From contig JAAXVP010000001.1 of the NCBI GenBank assembly GCA_013335435.1, forward strand, positions 1 to 46,808: a stretch of DNA of 46,808 nucleotides. The letters run 5' to 3'. Below are positions 19,512-30,483 of the stretch, in pieces. The position numbers and the translations under genes were made by a program. Origin of the DNA: Thiobacillus sp. (GTDB lineage Bacteria > Pseudomonadota > Gammaproteobacteria > Burkholderiales > Thiobacillaceae). The notes below the pieces were generated by a model. The model did no database searches. It was given only the letters and a program-made list of their open reading frames with translations, and was not told the DNA's origin. How positions within the stretch are numbered: position 1 is the stretch's first letter; the number at the start of each line of letters is the position of its first letter.

Positions 19512-20128
19512 ACATGTCCGATCTCAACAACCTCGACCTCAGCAACCTTGCCCAGGCCCCCGTGGCGGTAAAGGGCGTGGTCGCCGGGTTCATTCTCGTC
19601 GCCATCGTCGCGGTAGGCTATTACCTCGACTGGTCACCGGCCATTGACGGGCTGAAGGTGGCCCAGGCCGAAGAGCTCAAGCTGCGCGACACCTACACGG
19701 TCAAGAAGCGCCAAGCCATCCACTACGAAGCCTACAAACAGCGCCTCGCCGATACCGAGAAGGCCCTGTCCGCCCTTCTGAAGCAGCTTCCCAACAAATC
19801 CGAAATGGATAACCTGCTCACCGACGTCAACCAGATCGGCATCGGTCGCGGCCTCGAGTTCGACCTGTTCCGCCCCGGCAACGAAACCCGGGCCGATTTC
19901 TATGCCACCCTGCCGGTCACCATCAAAGTCAACGGCGGCTATCACGATCTCGGCAACTTCGTCAGCGACATCGCCAAACTGTCACGTGTGGTCACCATCC
20001 ACGACATCAACCTGGCACCGGCCAGTTCCGGCCGTCTGGTCATGGATGCCACGGTACGCACCTACCGCTACCTGGACGCCAACGAAATGACCAGCGGCGG
20101 CAAGAAGGCAGGGGAGAACAAGAAATGA
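19508..20128 (+). CDS. pilO: Type IV pilus assembly protein PilO
   Basis: LLKQLPNKSEMDNLLTDVNQIG, GGYHDLGNF, TYRY. Confidence 0.93.
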   Translation: MNMSDLNNLDLSNLAQAPVAVKGVVAGFILVAIVAVGYYLDWSPAIDGLKVAQAEELKLRDTYTVKKRQAIHYEAYKQRLADTEKALSALLKQLPNKSEMDNLLTDVNQIGIGRGLEFDLFRPGNETRADFYATLPVTIKVNGGYHDLGNFVSDIAKLSRVVTIHDINLAPASSGRLVMDATVRTYRYLDANEMTSGGKKAGENKK

Positions 20129-20649
20129 GAACCTCGTTTCTGGCCCCCGTGGCAGTATGCTTGGTATTGGCCGGCTGCGGTAACGACGGCTTCGATGACC
20201 TGCGCGCATTCATGGAATCCACCGGCAAGGATGGCGGCAGCAAGATCGAGCCGCTTCCGGCCATCAAGGTAATCGACACCTTCGAATATCGGCAGGACAA
20301 CCTGCAAGACCCCTTCCTGGCCCGCAACCTGCGCCCGACCGGGAAAGACTTGCCCGAGGCCGACCGCCCGAAGGAGCCCTTGGAAGAATATCCTCTGGAT
20401 GCCCTGAGTATGGTCGGCACCCTGAAAAAACCAGGCCAGCCGCTACGCGCTGTCATCAAGGCCAAGGAACCCAAAGGCGGTTTCTCCTATTACACGATCA
20501 AGGTCGGCGCTCGAATCGGACTCAACTTTGGCAAGGTTACGGCCATAAATGATGACAGCCTTGAGATCAAGGAACTGATGCAGGACGCCCAGGGCGAATG
20601 GAGTTCATCCAAGGCCTTGATGAGCATGACCGAGGAAGCAGCGAGATGA
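20125..20649 (+). CDS. pilP: Type IV pilus lipoprotein PilP
   Basis: Lipobox LAGC, DPF, RPKEPLEEYPLDALSMVG, IGLNFG. Confidence 0.92.
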   Translation: MRTSFLAPVAVCLVLAGCGNDGFDDLRAFMESTGKDGGSKIEPLPAIKVIDTFEYRQDNLQDPFLARNLRPTGKDLPEADRPKEPLEEYPLDALSMVGTLKKPGQPLRAVIKAKEPKGGFSYYTIKVGARIGLNFGKVTAINDDSLEIKELMQDAQGEWSSSKALMSMTEEAAR

Positions 20650-22853
20650 CGGCAACCCCGCACAACGAATTGAGGTTCAAAATGGCAAAATCGACCCGGA
20701 CCCGGATTTTCAGCATGGCCACCGCGGTCGGCATGCTTATGGCCACTGCGGCCGCCCTGGCGAACGACCTGCAATCCGTCAAAGTCAGCCAGGGCACGAA
20801 CAGCAGCCAAGTGTTGGTCATATCGCTGAGCGAAGCCATGGCGGCGGCGCCCATGCACTTCACCACGACGAACCCGCACCGCGTCGTCATCGACCTGCCG
20901 GGCGTCCTGAATCCGCAGGGACGCGCATCCGAATCCGTCAACTCCGGCGTTATCCGGAGCTACAACGTCGCCCAGACCGCGGACCGGACCCGTGTCGTCG
21001 TCGACCTCGCCGGCCCAGCCACCTATGACGTCAAGAAGGACAAGAACCAGCTGCTGGTTACCTTGCGCGGCTCGGAATCGACGCCCGGCACGACGGCGCC
21101 GACCCGCTTCGACAGCCAACCGGCCACTGCCGGTGGCACCATCAGCGTCCAGGACGTCAATTTCAGGCGCGGCAAGAAGGATGACAGCCGCATCGAGGTC
21201 ACCCTTTCCGATCCCGGTGTCGGCATCGACATCAAGCAGAAGGGCAAGACCATCCAGGTCGATTTCCTGAACACCGTCCTGCCCAAGAACCTCCAGCGCC
21301 GGCTCGACGTGAGCGAATTCGCAACGCCGGCGCAGACCGTGGAAATGTTCACCGAAGGCCAGACCACCCGTATGGTCGTCACGCCCAAGGGCAAATGGGA
21401 CTTCTTCGCCTACCAGACCGGCAAGGATTTCACCCTCGAGGTCACCCCGGTGGACGTCGCCGACAAGACCCCGGGCAAGAAGCGCTATGACGGCGAAAAA
21501 CTGTCGCTGGACTTCCAGAACGTCGAAGTACGCGCCGTCCTCAAGGTCATCGCCGACTTCACCGGCCTGAATATCGTCGCCGCCGAGTCCGTTACCGGCA
21601 ACATCACCCTACGCCTCAAGGACGTACCCTGGGACCAGGCCCTCGACATCATTTTGCTGACCAAAGGCCTCGACAAGCGCGAAAACGGCAACGTGATCTG
21701 GGTCGCGCCCAGCAAGGAAATGGCCGACAAGGAGAAGGAGCGCCTGGAAGCGGCCGACGTCGAGGAATTGCAGACCGAGATCGTCCGCCTTAACTACATG
21801 AGCGCGCCTGACGCCTATGCCATCCTGACCGGCAAATCGATCAACAGTGTCCAGGCCGGCGAAAAAGTTACCTGCTCGACCAAGGCGGTCGGCGTCGGCG
21901 GGCGAACCGAAACCGCTTCCGGCTCCACCGGAGCCTCCGGTGCCGTCGGCCCGAACAGCATGATTTCCAAGCGCGGCACGGTCAACTTCGATCTCAAGAC
22001 CAACTCGATATTCGTCCAGGACACCTCTGCACGTATCGAAAAAATCAAGGCACTGCTGACCGAAATCGACATCCCGGCACGCCAGATCATGATCGAAGCC
22101 CGCGTCGTGGTCGCCAGCGATACATTTAGCCGCACACTCGGCGCACGCTTGGCTCTAGGCACCCGATTAGGCAGCAAGGCGGCCATCTCGACCGGTGCCG
22201 GCAGCGCAGACGCCCTCAGGACCACCACGGCCGGTGACATTTCGATGCCTGGCTATATCAACAATGCCGCAAAAACCTCCCTCGGCGCCCCGGGCGTCCT
22301 CGGCCTGAGCATTATCGAAGGTGCCGGCAACGCCATCCTCGGTCTGGAGTTGGAAGCCCTGGAGGCCGACAACCGCGGCAAGATCATATCCAACCCGCGT
22401 GTCGTCACCCAGAACCAGCAGCCGGCCGTGATCCTGCAGGGTGTGAAGATCCCCGTCGTCACCCCGGCCCAGGGCAACACCGCCGCGACGGTGACCTTCG
22501 AGGAAGCCCTGCTCTGCCTGCTGGTCGACCCGCAAGTGCTCAACAACGACGAGATCATCCTGAACGTGGAAATCCAGAAGGACACGCCCAGCGAGACCAT
22601 CGTCAATGGTGACAACATCGGTATCGACACCAAGCGCGTGAAGACCCAGGTCCGGGTCAAGAACGGTGAAACCGCCGTCCTGGGTGGCATCTTCGACCAG
22701 GACCAGAAGAACAATACGAACAAGGTCCCGCTTCTCGGCGACATCCCAGTCCTGGGCCTGCTGTTCCGCAGCAACTACAAGACCGACGGCAAGTCCGAAC
22801 TGATGGTCTTCCTGACCCCACGCCTGCTGGATGATGCCGCTACGCTGAAATAA
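20646..22853 (+). CDS. pilQ: Type IV pilus secretin PilQ
   Basis: AMIN domains, LSLDFQNVEVRAVL, LKDVPWDQALD, QIMIEARVV, KVPLLGDIPVLGLLFR. ATG 20646 overlaps the pilP stop; start is uncertain. Confidence 0.95.
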   Translation: MTATPHNELRFKMAKSTRTRIFSMATAVGMLMATAAALANDLQSVKVSQGTNSSQVLVISLSEAMAAAPMHFTTTNPHRVVIDLPGVLNPQGRASESVNSGVIRSYNVAQTADRTRVVVDLAGPATYDVKKDKNQLLVTLRGSESTPGTTAPTRFDSQPATAGGTISVQDVNFRRGKKDDSRIEVTLSDPGVGIDIKQKGKTIQVDFLNTVLPKNLQRRLDVSEFATPAQTVEMFTEGQTTRMVVTPKGKWDFFAYQTGKDFTLEVTPVDVADKTPGKKRYDGEKLSLDFQNVEVRAVLKVIADFTGLNIVAAESVTGNITLRLKDVPWDQALDIILLTKGLDKRENGNVIWVAPSKEMADKEKERLEAADVEELQTEIVRLNYMSAPDAYAILTGKSINSVQAGEKVTCSTKAVGVGGRTETASGSTGASGAVGPNSMISKRGTVNFDLKTNSIFVQDTSARIEKIKALLTEIDIPARQIMIEARVVVASDTFSRTLGARLALGTRLGSKAAISTGAGSADALRTTTAGDISMPGYINNAAKTSLGAPGVLGLSIIEGAGNAILGLELEALEADNRGKIISNPRVVTQNQQPAVILQGVKIPVVTPAQGNTAATVTFEEALLCLLVDPQVLNNDEIILNVEIQKDTPSETIVNGDNIGIDTKRVKTQVRVKNGETAVLGGIFDQDQKNNTNKVPLLGDIPVLGLLFRSNYKTDGKSELMVFLTPRLLDDAATLK

Positions 22854-22866
22854 CGGCGCATCATGC

Positions 22867-22903
22867 GAAAGGGCGGCATCGATCGATGCCGCCCTTTCTT
22901 TTT
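22867..22903. terminator. Intrinsic terminator (perfect 32-bp palindrome plus T tract)
   Basis: GAAAGGGCGGCATCGA|TCGATGCCGCCCTTTC followed by TTTTT, between convergent pilQ and the end of the dcw operon. Confidence 0.88.
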
Positions 22904-22918
22904 GACCGTTGACACCGC

Positions 22919-23104
22919 TCAAATCACCAGCAACAAGCGCTCCAGCAAATACACCAGCATGATGAGCACCAATAGCGCCAAACCGGCCTTTATGCTCAAC
23001 CCGGCAAAGCGCAGCCAGCGCGAATCCCGGCTGACGCCGTAACCCAGCAGGGACAGGACGATGACGATGGCGGCCAGACCGAGCAGCAGACGGACGGCCA
23101 GCAT
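22919..23104 (-). CDS. Small two-TM membrane protein (61 aa)
   Basis: [35 protein letters not shown]...LERLLLVI; ATG overlaps the lpxC stop (TGATG). Confidence 0.7.
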   Translation of the reverse strand: MLAVRLLLGLAAIVIVLSLLGYGVSRDSRWLRFAGLSIKAGLALLVLIMLVYLLERLLLVI

Positions 23105-24021
23105 CAGGCCGCCATAATCGAGACTTGCCGGGCCAGGCGGGCAGGCGTATCGGCGGGATCGACAAAGGCCGCCCACTCCCAGGCCTCGGCGTCGTCGAGC
23201 AACGCACACAACAGCTTGTTGTTGAGGCCATGGCCGGATTTGTAGGCGGTGATGCTGCCCAGCAGGGGCGCGCCCGCCAGGTAGAAGTCGCCGACGGCGT
23301 CCAGCACCTTGTGCTTGACGAACTCGTCGGCATAGCGGAGACCATCCGCGTTGAGCACCCGGAATTCGTCCATGACGATGGCATTGTCCAGGGTGCCGCC
23401 CAGCGCCAGGCCATTGGCGCGCAAGTACTCGACCTCGTTCATGAAACCGAAGGTACGCGCTCGGCTGATCTCCTTGGTATAAGAGGTCTCGGAAAAATCG
23501 ATGCTGATCTCGCTGCCGGAACGACGCAGCACGGGATGCTCGAAATCGATCTTGAAACTGACCCTGAAGCCATCGTAGGGCGCGATTTCGGCCCATTTGT
23601 CGCCTTCTTCCACACGCACCCGGCGTTTCACGCGGATGTAGCGGCGGGCAGCCTCTTGCTCCTCGATTCCAGCCGATTGCAGCAGGAACACGAAAGGCGC
23701 CGCCGAGCCGTCCAGGATAGGCACTTCGGAGGCGGATATATCGATATACAGGTTGTCGATGCCCAAGCCGGCAAGGGCGGACATCAGATGTTCGACGGTG
23801 GCGACCCGTGCGCCCTGGCATTCAAGTGCGGAACACAGGCGGGTATCGCTGACCAGATGGGGATCGACCCGGAATGTCACCGGCTCGGCCAGATCGACGC
23901 GGCGAAAAAAAATTCCGGTGTCGGGGGCAGCCGGGCGCAAGGTGAGTTCCACCTTCTGGCCCGAATGCAAACCGACACCGGTTGCGCGGATAAGTGTCTT
24001 GATCGTTCGCTGCTTAATCAT
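23104..24021 (-). CDS. lpxC: UDP-3-O-acyl-N-acetylglucosamine deacetylase
   Basis: [40 protein letters not shown]. Confidence 0.97.
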   Translation of the reverse strand: MIKQRTIKTLIRATGVGLHSGQKVELTLRPAAPDTGIFFRRVDLAEPVTFRVDPHLVSDTRLCSALECQGARVATVEHLMSALAGLGIDNLYIDISASEVPILDGSAAPFVFLLQSAGIEEQEAARRYIRVKRRVRVEEGDKWAEIAPYDGFRVSFKIDFEHPVLRRSGSEISIDFSETSYTKEISRARTFGFMNEVEYLRANGLALGGTLDNAIVMDEFRVLNADGLRYADEFVKHKVLDAVGDFYLAGAPLLGSITAYKSGHGLNNKLLCALLDDAEAWEWAAFVDPADTPARLARQVSIMAA

Positions 24022-24058
24022 GCGGCGAATTGTAGCTATTTTTACTCTTGGTTAATCC

Positions 24059-25249
24059 TCAATCGGCCTGTCGGCGCAGGAAGGCGGGGATATCGAGGGT
24101 CTCGATGCCCTGTTGCAGCGCTGCGTCGATGGTGGCGGCGCCCCTGCCCCGGTTGGGGTTCATGCGCATGGCGGTGGGGATCTCGTAGTCGGGGTCGGCC
24201 ATTTCCACGCGGCCACCCGAGGACATGCCATAGGTACCGGTGGCCTGGACGTTGTCGACCACCACCTGGGGCTTCGCGGCCGGCTTGGCGAGGGGATTGC
24301 CGAGACCGGTCGCCACCATGGTTACGCGCAGGATATCGCCCATGGCCGGATCCATCGCGGTACCGACGATGACCGTCGCCTCTTCGGCGGTAAAGCCCTG
24401 GATCGTGTTCATGACCTCGTAGAACTCGTCCATGGTCAGGCTGTCGTCGGAGGTGATGTTGACCACCACGCCGCGGGCGCCGCGCAGATCGACGCTCTCC
24501 AGGAGCGGGCTCTTCACGGCCGCCTCGGCGGCGATGCGGGCACGCCCTTCGCCTTCGGCCTGGGCGGTACCCATCATGGCCATGCCGACCTCGCTCATGA
24601 CCGTGCGCACGTCGGCGAAGTCGACGTTGATCATGCCCGGGTTGCTGATGATCTCGGCGATGCCGCCGACGGCGCTGTGCAGGACGTCGTTGGCGGCCTG
24701 GAAGGCCTCGTTCAGCTTGACGCCCCCCCCCAGCACGGTCCGCAGCTTGTCGTTCGGAATGATGATCAGGGAGTCGACGTGCTCGGCCAGGGCCTTGAGG
24801 CCATGGTCGGCGACTCGGGTACGCTTGCCTTCGAACAGGAACGGCTTGGTCACCACGGCCACGGTCAGGATGCCCAGTTCCTTGGCCACCTCGGCCACCA
24901 CCGGCGCGGCGCCGGTGCCGGTACCGCCACCCATGCCGGCGGTGATGAACAACATGTCGGCGCCGTCGATCACCTCGGCGATGCGTTCACGATCCTCCAG
25001 CGCGGCCTCACGGCCGATCTCGGGCCGGGCGCCGGCGCCCAGACCCTTGGTCACGTTGGTGCCGATCTGCAACTGGATCGGCGCCTGGTTACGGCGCAGG
25101 GCCTGGGCGTCGGTATTGACGGCCAGGAACTCCACCCCGGTCATGCCCTTGTTGATCATGTGGTCCACGGCGTTGCCACCGCAACCACCCACACCGATCA
25201 CCTTGATGACGGCGTCCTGTACATCCATTTCCTCGAGTTCGAACAGCAT
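24059..25249 (-). CDS. ftsZ: Cell division protein FtsZ
   Basis: GGGTGTG tubulin motif, NVDFADV, C-terminal DIPAFLRRQAD. Confidence 0.98.
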   Translation of the reverse strand: MLFELEEMDVQDAVIKVIGVGGCGGNAVDHMINKGMTGVEFLAVNTDAQALRRNQAPIQLQIGTNVTKGLGAGARPEIGREAALEDRERIAEVIDGADMLFITAGMGGGTGTGAAPVVAEVAKELGILTVAVVTKPFLFEGKRTRVADHGLKALAEHVDSLIIIPNDKLRTVLGGGVKLNEAFQAANDVLHSAVGGIAEIISNPGMINVDFADVRTVMSEVGMAMMGTAQAEGEGRARIAAEAAVKSPLLESVDLRGARGVVVNITSDDSLTMDEFYEVMNTIQGFTAEEATVIVGTAMDPAMGDILRVTMVATGLGNPLAKPAAKPQVVVDNVQATGTYGMSSGGRVEMADPDYEIPTAMRMNPNRGRGAATIDAALQQGIETLDIPAFLRRQAD

Positions 25250-25285
25250 ATCCCTCTCCTTTTCACGCGCAAAAAGACAACAAAA

Positions 25286-26524
25286 CTAAAAAGTGTTCTT
25301 GAACCACGACTTCATCCGTTCCATTACCTGGCCGAAGCTGGCCGCCTCGATCTTGGCCGCCTCGTCCAGCTCATGTTTCTCCAAGCCCGCCATCAGCAGG
25401 CCGACGCCGGTTGCGTAGGCCGGGCTGCGCACCCGCTCCGACAGGCCGCCGACGTATTCAGGCACCCCCACCCGCACCGGCACGTGGAAGACCTCCTCGG
25501 CCAGTTCCACCATGCCCTTCATCAGGCTGCTGCCGCCGGTCAGGACGATGCCCGAGGAGATCTGCTCCTCGAAACCCGAGCGGCGCAGTTCGGCCTGGAC
25601 CAGGCTGTACAACTCCTCGACCCGTGGCTCGATCACCTCCGAAAGCAACTGTTTGGACAGCATGCGGGCGCCGCGCTCGCCGATGCCCGGCACCTCGATC
25701 ATTTCCCGCGCGTCGGCGAGCTGGCGCAGGGCGATGCCGTGCTGGATCTTCAGGTCCTCGGCCTCGCGGGTCGGGGTGCGCAGGGTCATGGCGATGTCGT
25801 TGGTGATCTGGTCGCCGGCGATCGGCAGCACCGCGGTGTGCTGGATCGCCCCGCGCGTGAACACCGCCAGGTCGGTGGTACCACCGCCTATATCGACCAG
25901 GGCGACGCCGAGATCCTTCTCGTCCTCGTTCAGGACCGCCAGGCTGGACGCGAGCGGTTGCAGGATCAGATCCTTCACCTCCAGGCCGCAGCGGCGCACG
26001 CATTTGACGATGTTCTGGGCCGCCGAGACGGCGCCGGTGACGATGTGCACCTTCACCTCCAGGCGCACGCCGGACATGCCGAGCGGCTCGCGCACGCCCT
26101 CCTGGCCGTCGATGATGAATTCCTGCGGCAGCACATGCAGGATCTGCTGGTCGGTCGAGATGTTCACCGCCCGTGCCGTCTCCACCACGCGGTCGATATC
26201 GTTCTGGGTCACCTCGCGGTCGCGGATCGGCACCATGCCGTGCGAATTGAGCGACCGGATGTGGCTGCCGGCGATGCCGGTATAGACCTGGCCGATCTTG
26301 CAGTTGGCCATCAGTTCGGCATCCTCGAGGGCGCGCTGGATCGCCGACACGGTGGCCTCGATGTTGACCACCACACCCTTCTTGAGCCCGCGCGACTGGG
26401 CCACGCCCATGCCCAGGATGTTGATGCCGCCCTCCGGCGGCACCTCGGCCACCATGGCGACGATCTTCGACGTTCCGATGTCCAAACCGACGATCAAGTC
26501 CTTGTTCTCTCGCATCTTGCTCAT
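25286..26524 (-). CDS. ftsA: Cell division protein FtsA
   Basis: IVGLDIGTSK, VDIGGGTTD, VLTGGSS. Start trimmed to ATG 26524. Confidence 0.97.
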   Translation of the reverse strand: MSKMRENKDLIVGLDIGTSKIVAMVAEVPPEGGINILGMGVAQSRGLKKGVVVNIEATVSAIQRALEDAELMANCKIGQVYTGIAGSHIRSLNSHGMVPIRDREVTQNDIDRVVETARAVNISTDQQILHVLPQEFIIDGQEGVREPLGMSGVRLEVKVHIVTGAVSAAQNIVKCVRRCGLEVKDLILQPLASSLAVLNEDEKDLGVALVDIGGGTTDLAVFTRGAIQHTAVLPIAGDQITNDIAMTLRTPTREAEDLKIQHGIALRQLADAREMIEVPGIGERGARMLSKQLLSEVIEPRVEELYSLVQAELRRSGFEEQISSGIVLTGGSSLMKGMVELAEEVFHVPVRVGVPEYVGGLSERVRSPAYATGVGLLMAGLEKHELDEAAKIEAASFGQVMERMKSWFKNTF

Positions 26525-26525
26525 C

Positions 26526-27218
26526 TCATGTGCGCGCTTCGCCCTGGACGGCGAAGCCATTTGGATAACGCATGTCGACCCGGCGGATGCCCACGACCCG
26601 GGTCGCCACCAGCGGGTAGAAGGTCGCGAAGCGCCGTAGCCGCTCGTCCAAGCGCTCCCGCCCCAGGTCCACGGTTACGCCATCGGCCAGGTCGATGCGC
26701 CAGGCCCGACGGGCGTCGACCCGGATGCCGGCGATGCGCCAGCCCTTGTCGCCGAGCAGCCTGGTGAATTCGCCGTAGCGGGTCGCCACTTCCAGTTCCA
26801 TCCCCTCCGGCGCGTGAAAACGCGGCAACCCCTGCCAGGGCCGGACCGGAAACACCTCGCCCTGGACATTGAGCATGGCCTGGTCATTCCAAGCCGCCGC
26901 CGGAACCTGTTCTTCCAGTTCCACCACCAGGCCATCCGGCCATTGCCGCCGTACCGTCGCGGCGCGCACCCAGGCCAAAGCCTCGAAACCTCGCTGTACC
27001 GCCTCCAGGTCGACCGAGAACAAGCCGCCGGACAATCCCCTGAAGATCGGCGCGATGCCCTGCCGGGTCTCCTTGTGGACAGCACCACGCACCTCGACCG
27101 TATGCACCGGCAACCAGGTCTCGACCGCCTGCCGGCCCGCCATCCAGAAGGCGAACAGCACCGTGGCGGCCAGGATCAGGCCGCTCAGGCGGTTGAGGGC
27201 GACCGGGTCATGCCACAT
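26526..27218 (-). CDS. ftsQ: Cell division protein FtsQ
   Basis: TM, POTRA domain ([12 protein letters not shown]), [11 protein letters not shown]. Confidence 0.93.
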   Translation of the reverse strand: MWHDPVALNRLSGLILAATVLFAFWMAGRQAVETWLPVHTVEVRGAVHKETRQGIAPIFRGLSGGLFSVDLEAVQRGFEALAWVRAATVRRQWPDGLVVELEEQVPAAAWNDQAMLNVQGEVFPVRPWQGLPRFHAPEGMELEVATRYGEFTRLLGDKGWRIAGIRVDARRAWRIDLADGVTVDLGRERLDERLRRFATFYPLVATRVVGIRRVDMRYPNGFAVQGEART

Positions 27219-28185
27219 CGGCCAGCTCCAGGATACGCAGGCACAATTCGTCGAAACTGATGCCGGCCGCGCGCGCCGCCATCGGCACCAGGCTGTGGCC
27301 GGTCATGCCCGGCGAGGTGTTGATCTCCAGCAGGTAGGGGCGCCGATCCTCGGACAGCAGGATGTCGACCCGGCCCCAGCCCCGGCAGCCGAGTACCGCG
27401 AAGGCCTGCCGGGCGAGCTCTTGCATCTCCGCCGCCAGGGCCTCGGGCAGTTCGGCCGGGCAGACGTAGCGGGTGTCGTCGCGGAAATACTTGGCTTCGT
27501 AGTCGTAGAAATCCGTAGTCGGGACGATCTGAACCACCGGCAGGGCGGTGTCGCCCAGGATGGCGACCGTGAACTCGCCGCCCGCCATGTAGCGCTCGGC
27601 CAGGACCAGGGAGTCGTACTTCGCTGCTGCCTCGTAGGCGGCGCGCAGACCGCCGTGCTCCCTGACCTTGCTGACCCCGACGCTGGAGCCTTCGTTGGCC
27701 GGCTTGACGAACAGGGGCAGGCCGAGTTGCCGCTCGACGGCGTCGAAATCGCTCTCCGCCGTGAGCAGCGCGTAGTCCGGCACCGGCAGGCCGGCGGCCT
27801 GCCAGATCAACTTGCTGCGCCACTTGTCCATGCCCAGGGCCGAGGCCATGACACCGCTGCCGGTATAGGGGATGCCCAGCAGGGTCAGCGCACCCTGCAG
27901 GGTGCCATCCTCGCCGCCGCGACCGTGCAGGCTGATCATCACGCGCTCGAAGCCGGCCTGCTCCAGGGCCGCCAGGCCCTGCTCCGCCGGGTCGAAGGGA
28001 TGCGCATCGACGCCCTGGCGCTTGAGAGCGGCCAGCACCGCGCCGCCGCTGTTCAGGGAGACTTCCCGTTCCGCCGAGCGGCCGCCCAGCAGTACGCCCA
28101 CTTTGTGGCTCCGGCCGCTTTGCTTAACATTCGCTCCGCTCACGTTAGCCTGCGCCGAAACTACGTTTTCAAACTTACCGCTCAC
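27208..28185 (-). CDS. ddl: D-alanine--D-alanine ligase with an apparent 22-aa N-terminal insertion
   Basis: [43 protein letters not shown] start with GAGG SD. Confidence 0.96.
   Translation of the reverse strand: MSGKFENVVSAQANVSGANVKQSGRSHKVGVLLGGRSAEREVSLNSGGAVLAALKRQGVDAHPFDPAEQGLAALEQAGFERVMISLHGRGGEDGTLQGALTLLGIPYTGSGVMASALGMDKWRSKLIWQAAGLPVPDYALLTAESDFDAVERQLGLPLFVKPANEGSSVGVSKVREHGGLRAAYEAAAKYDSLVLAERYMAGGEFTVAILGDTALPVVQIVPTTDFYDYEAKYFRDDTRYVCPAELPEALAAEMQELARQAFAVLGCRGWGRVDILLSEDRRPYLLEINTSPGMTGHSLVPMAARAAGISFDELCLRILELADVA
28105..28170 (-). repeat. Palindromic repeat, copy 1 (in frame within ddl)
   Basis: Shares GTTTCGGCGCAGGCTAACGTG (21/21), GTTAAGC and GCGGCCGGAG with the copy at 31612-31676. 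Confidence 0.75.
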
Positions 28186-29089
28186 CGATGATCCTCACTT
28201 CCCTAATCAATTCCACACCGGTGCGTTCCCGCACCGTCGTTTCCACCTGATCGATCAAGTCCTCGATATCCGTCGCCGTGGCGCCGCCGGCGTTGACGAT
28301 GAAATTGGCGTGCTTTTCCGACACCTGGGCACCGCCCAGCCGCATCCCCTTCAGGCCGCACGACTCGATCAGACGCGCGGCGTGGTCGCCCGGCGGGTTG
28401 CGGAACACCGAGCCGGCATTCGGCAACTGCAAGGGCTGGCTGGCGATGCGCCGCTTGAGCAACTCCTTGATCTGCGCCCGGCTGGCGCGGCCATCGCCGC
28501 GCGGCAGCAGGAACCAGGCGGCGGCGAACCATTCGGCGCGCGGCCCGTCCGGGGCGACATGGCGGTAGCCGACCCGGAACTCGCGCGGCGAACGCCGGCG
28601 CGTCTCGCCCTGCCGGTTCACGGTCAGCACCTGGGTGACCGAGCCCCAGGTCTCCTGGCCATAGCAGCCGGCGTTCATGGCCAGGGCACCGCCCACCGTG
28701 CCGGGAATCCCGGCCAGGAACTCGGCCCCGATCAGATCGTGGTTGGCCGCGAAGCGTGCCAGCTTGGGGCTCGACACCCCGGCCTCGGCGTAGACCAGAC
28801 CCAAGGTGGAATCGGTTCGACGCTCGGATTGGCGCCGTTCCTCCAATTCGCAGCGATTGAGCGCGCCGTGAAGGAACAGAGAGGTACCCTTGAGGCCACC
28901 GTCACGCACCAGCAGGTTGCTGCCCAGGCCGATGACATGCAGGGGCTCGGCCTCGGGCAGGTCGCGCAGAAACGCACACAGGTCGTCCAGGTCGGCCGGG
29001 CTGTAGACCCGCTCGGCCTTGCCACCTGCGCGCCAGCTGACGTGCCGGCTCATGTCGACGTCGCGTTCGAGGCGGCCGCGCAGCGTCAT
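28175..29089 (-). CDS. murB: UDP-N-acetylmuramate dehydrogenase
   Basis: [42 protein letters not shown]. Confidence 0.96.
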   Translation of the reverse strand: MTLRGRLERDVDMSRHVSWRAGGKAERVYSPADLDDLCAFLRDLPEAEPLHVIGLGSNLLVRDGGLKGTSLFLHGALNRCELEERRQSERRTDSTLGLVYAEAGVSSPKLARFAANHDLIGAEFLAGIPGTVGGALAMNAGCYGQETWGSVTQVLTVNRQGETRRRSPREFRVGYRHVAPDGPRAEWFAAAWFLLPRGDGRASRAQIKELLKRRIASQPLQLPNAGSVFRNPPGDHAARLIESCGLKGMRLGGAQVSEKHANFIVNAGGATATDIEDLIDQVETTVRERTGVELIREVRIIGER

Positions 29090-30483
29090 GCCTGCTCCCC
29101 CATGGCGGCCAGCTGGCCCGGCACCTGGCCGATCGAGCCGGCACCCATGACCAGCACCACGTCGCCGTCCTGGACGAAGTCGGCCACGGCCTGCGGCAAC
29201 TCCGCCACTTCGCCGACGAACACCGGCTCCACCTTGCCGGCCACGCGCACCGCCCGGGCCAGGCTGCGGCCGTCGGCGGCGACGATGGGCGCCTCGCTGG
29301 CGGCATAGACCTCGGTCAACAACACGGCATCGGCCAGCGACAGGACCTGGACGAAATCCTCGAACAGATCGCGGGTACGGGTATAGCGGTGCGGCTGGAA
29401 GGCCAGGACCAGGCGCCGCCCCGGAAAAGCGCCGCGCGCGGCGGCCAGGGTGGCGCGCATCTCGACCGGGTGGTGGCCATAGTCGTCGACCAGGGTGAAT
29501 CCGCGCCCGTCCGCCAATTTGATCTCGCCATAGCGCTGGAAGCGCCGGCCCACCCCGGAGAACCCGGCCAGGGCGCGCTGGACGGCCGCGTCCGGCACCT
29601 GCATCTCCCAGGCCACGCCGATCGCCGCCAGGGCATTCAACACGTTATGCATGCCCGGCAGATTGAGGCGGACTTCGATCGGCGAGCGGGTGCCGTTGCG
29701 CAAGGCGGTAAAACACATGCCCGAGGCCTCGGCGCGGATGTCCACGGCCTGGATGGCACAGTCGTCCGTGGTGCCGTAGGTCATCACCGGCTTGTCGATC
29801 CGGGGCAGCAATTCGCGGATCACCGGATCATCGGCGCAGACCACCGCCATGCCCCAGAACGGCAGCCGTTGCAGGAACTCGACGAAGGCCGACTTCAGGC
29901 GCTCGAAATCGTGACCGTAGGTCTCCATGTGGTCGGCGTCGATGTTGGTCACGATGGACAGCACCGGCGACAGGTGCAGGAAGGAGGCGTCCGATTCGTC
30001 CGCCTCGGCCACCAGCCATTCGCCCTTGCCCAGCTTGGCATTGGCGCCGGCGGCCAGGAGCTTGCCGCCGATCACGAAGGTGGGGTCCAGGCCGGCCTCG
30101 CCCAGCACGCTGGCGACCAGGCTCGTCGTGGTGGTCTTGCCATGGGTGCCGGCCACCGCGATGCCCTGCTTGAAGCGCATCAGTTCGGCCAGCATCATCG
30201 CCCGCGCCACCACCGGGACATGGGCGGCGCGTGCCGCCTGCACCTCGGGGTTGTCCTCCTTGATCGCCGACGAGATGACCAGGACATCGGCACCGGTGAC
30301 GTTCGCTTCGGCATGGCCCTGGAACACCCTGGCGCCCATGCCGACCAGACGCTGCGTCACCGCATTGCTGGCGGCATCGGAACCGGACACCTGGTAACCC
30401 AGGTTGATCAGCACCTCGGCGATGCCGCTCATGCCGGCGCCGCCGATGCCGACGAAGTGGATGCGACGGACTTTGTGTTTCAT
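29086..30483 (-). CDS. murC: UDP-N-acetylmuramate--L-alanine ligase
   Basis: [41 protein letters not shown]. Confidence 0.97.
   Translation of the reverse strand: MKHKVRRIHFVGIGGAGMSGIAEVLINLGYQVSGSDAASNAVTQRLVGMGARVFQGHAEANVTGADVLVISSAIKEDNPEVQAARAAHVPVVARAMMLAELMRFKQGIAVAGTHGKTTTTSLVASVLGEAGLDPTFVIGGKLLAAGANAKLGKGEWLVAEADESDASFLHLSPVLSIVTNIDADHMETYGHDFERLKSAFVEFLQRLPFWGMAVVCADDPVIRELLPRIDKPVMTYGTTDDCAIQAVDIRAEASGMCFTALRNGTRSPIEVRLNLPGMHNVLNALAAIGVAWEMQVPDAAVQRALAGFSGVGRRFQRYGEIKLADGRGFTLVDDYGHHPVEMRATLAAARGAFPGRRLVLAFQPHRYTRTRDLFEDFVQVLSLADAVLLTEVYAASEAPIVAADGRSLARAVRVAGKVEPVFVGEVAELPQAVADFVQDGDVVLVMGAGSIGQVPGQLAAMGEQA

Noticed and set aside
17839-22853. Somewhat lower GC in pilMNOPQ as a sign of horizontal transfer
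   Set aside because: Canonical position divergent from mrcA and no mobility genes or flanking repeats; I did not quantify the difference.
24113-26767. 884-aa plus-strand ORF and similar long ORFs across the dcw cluster
   Set aside because: Antisense shadows of conserved fts/mur genes.
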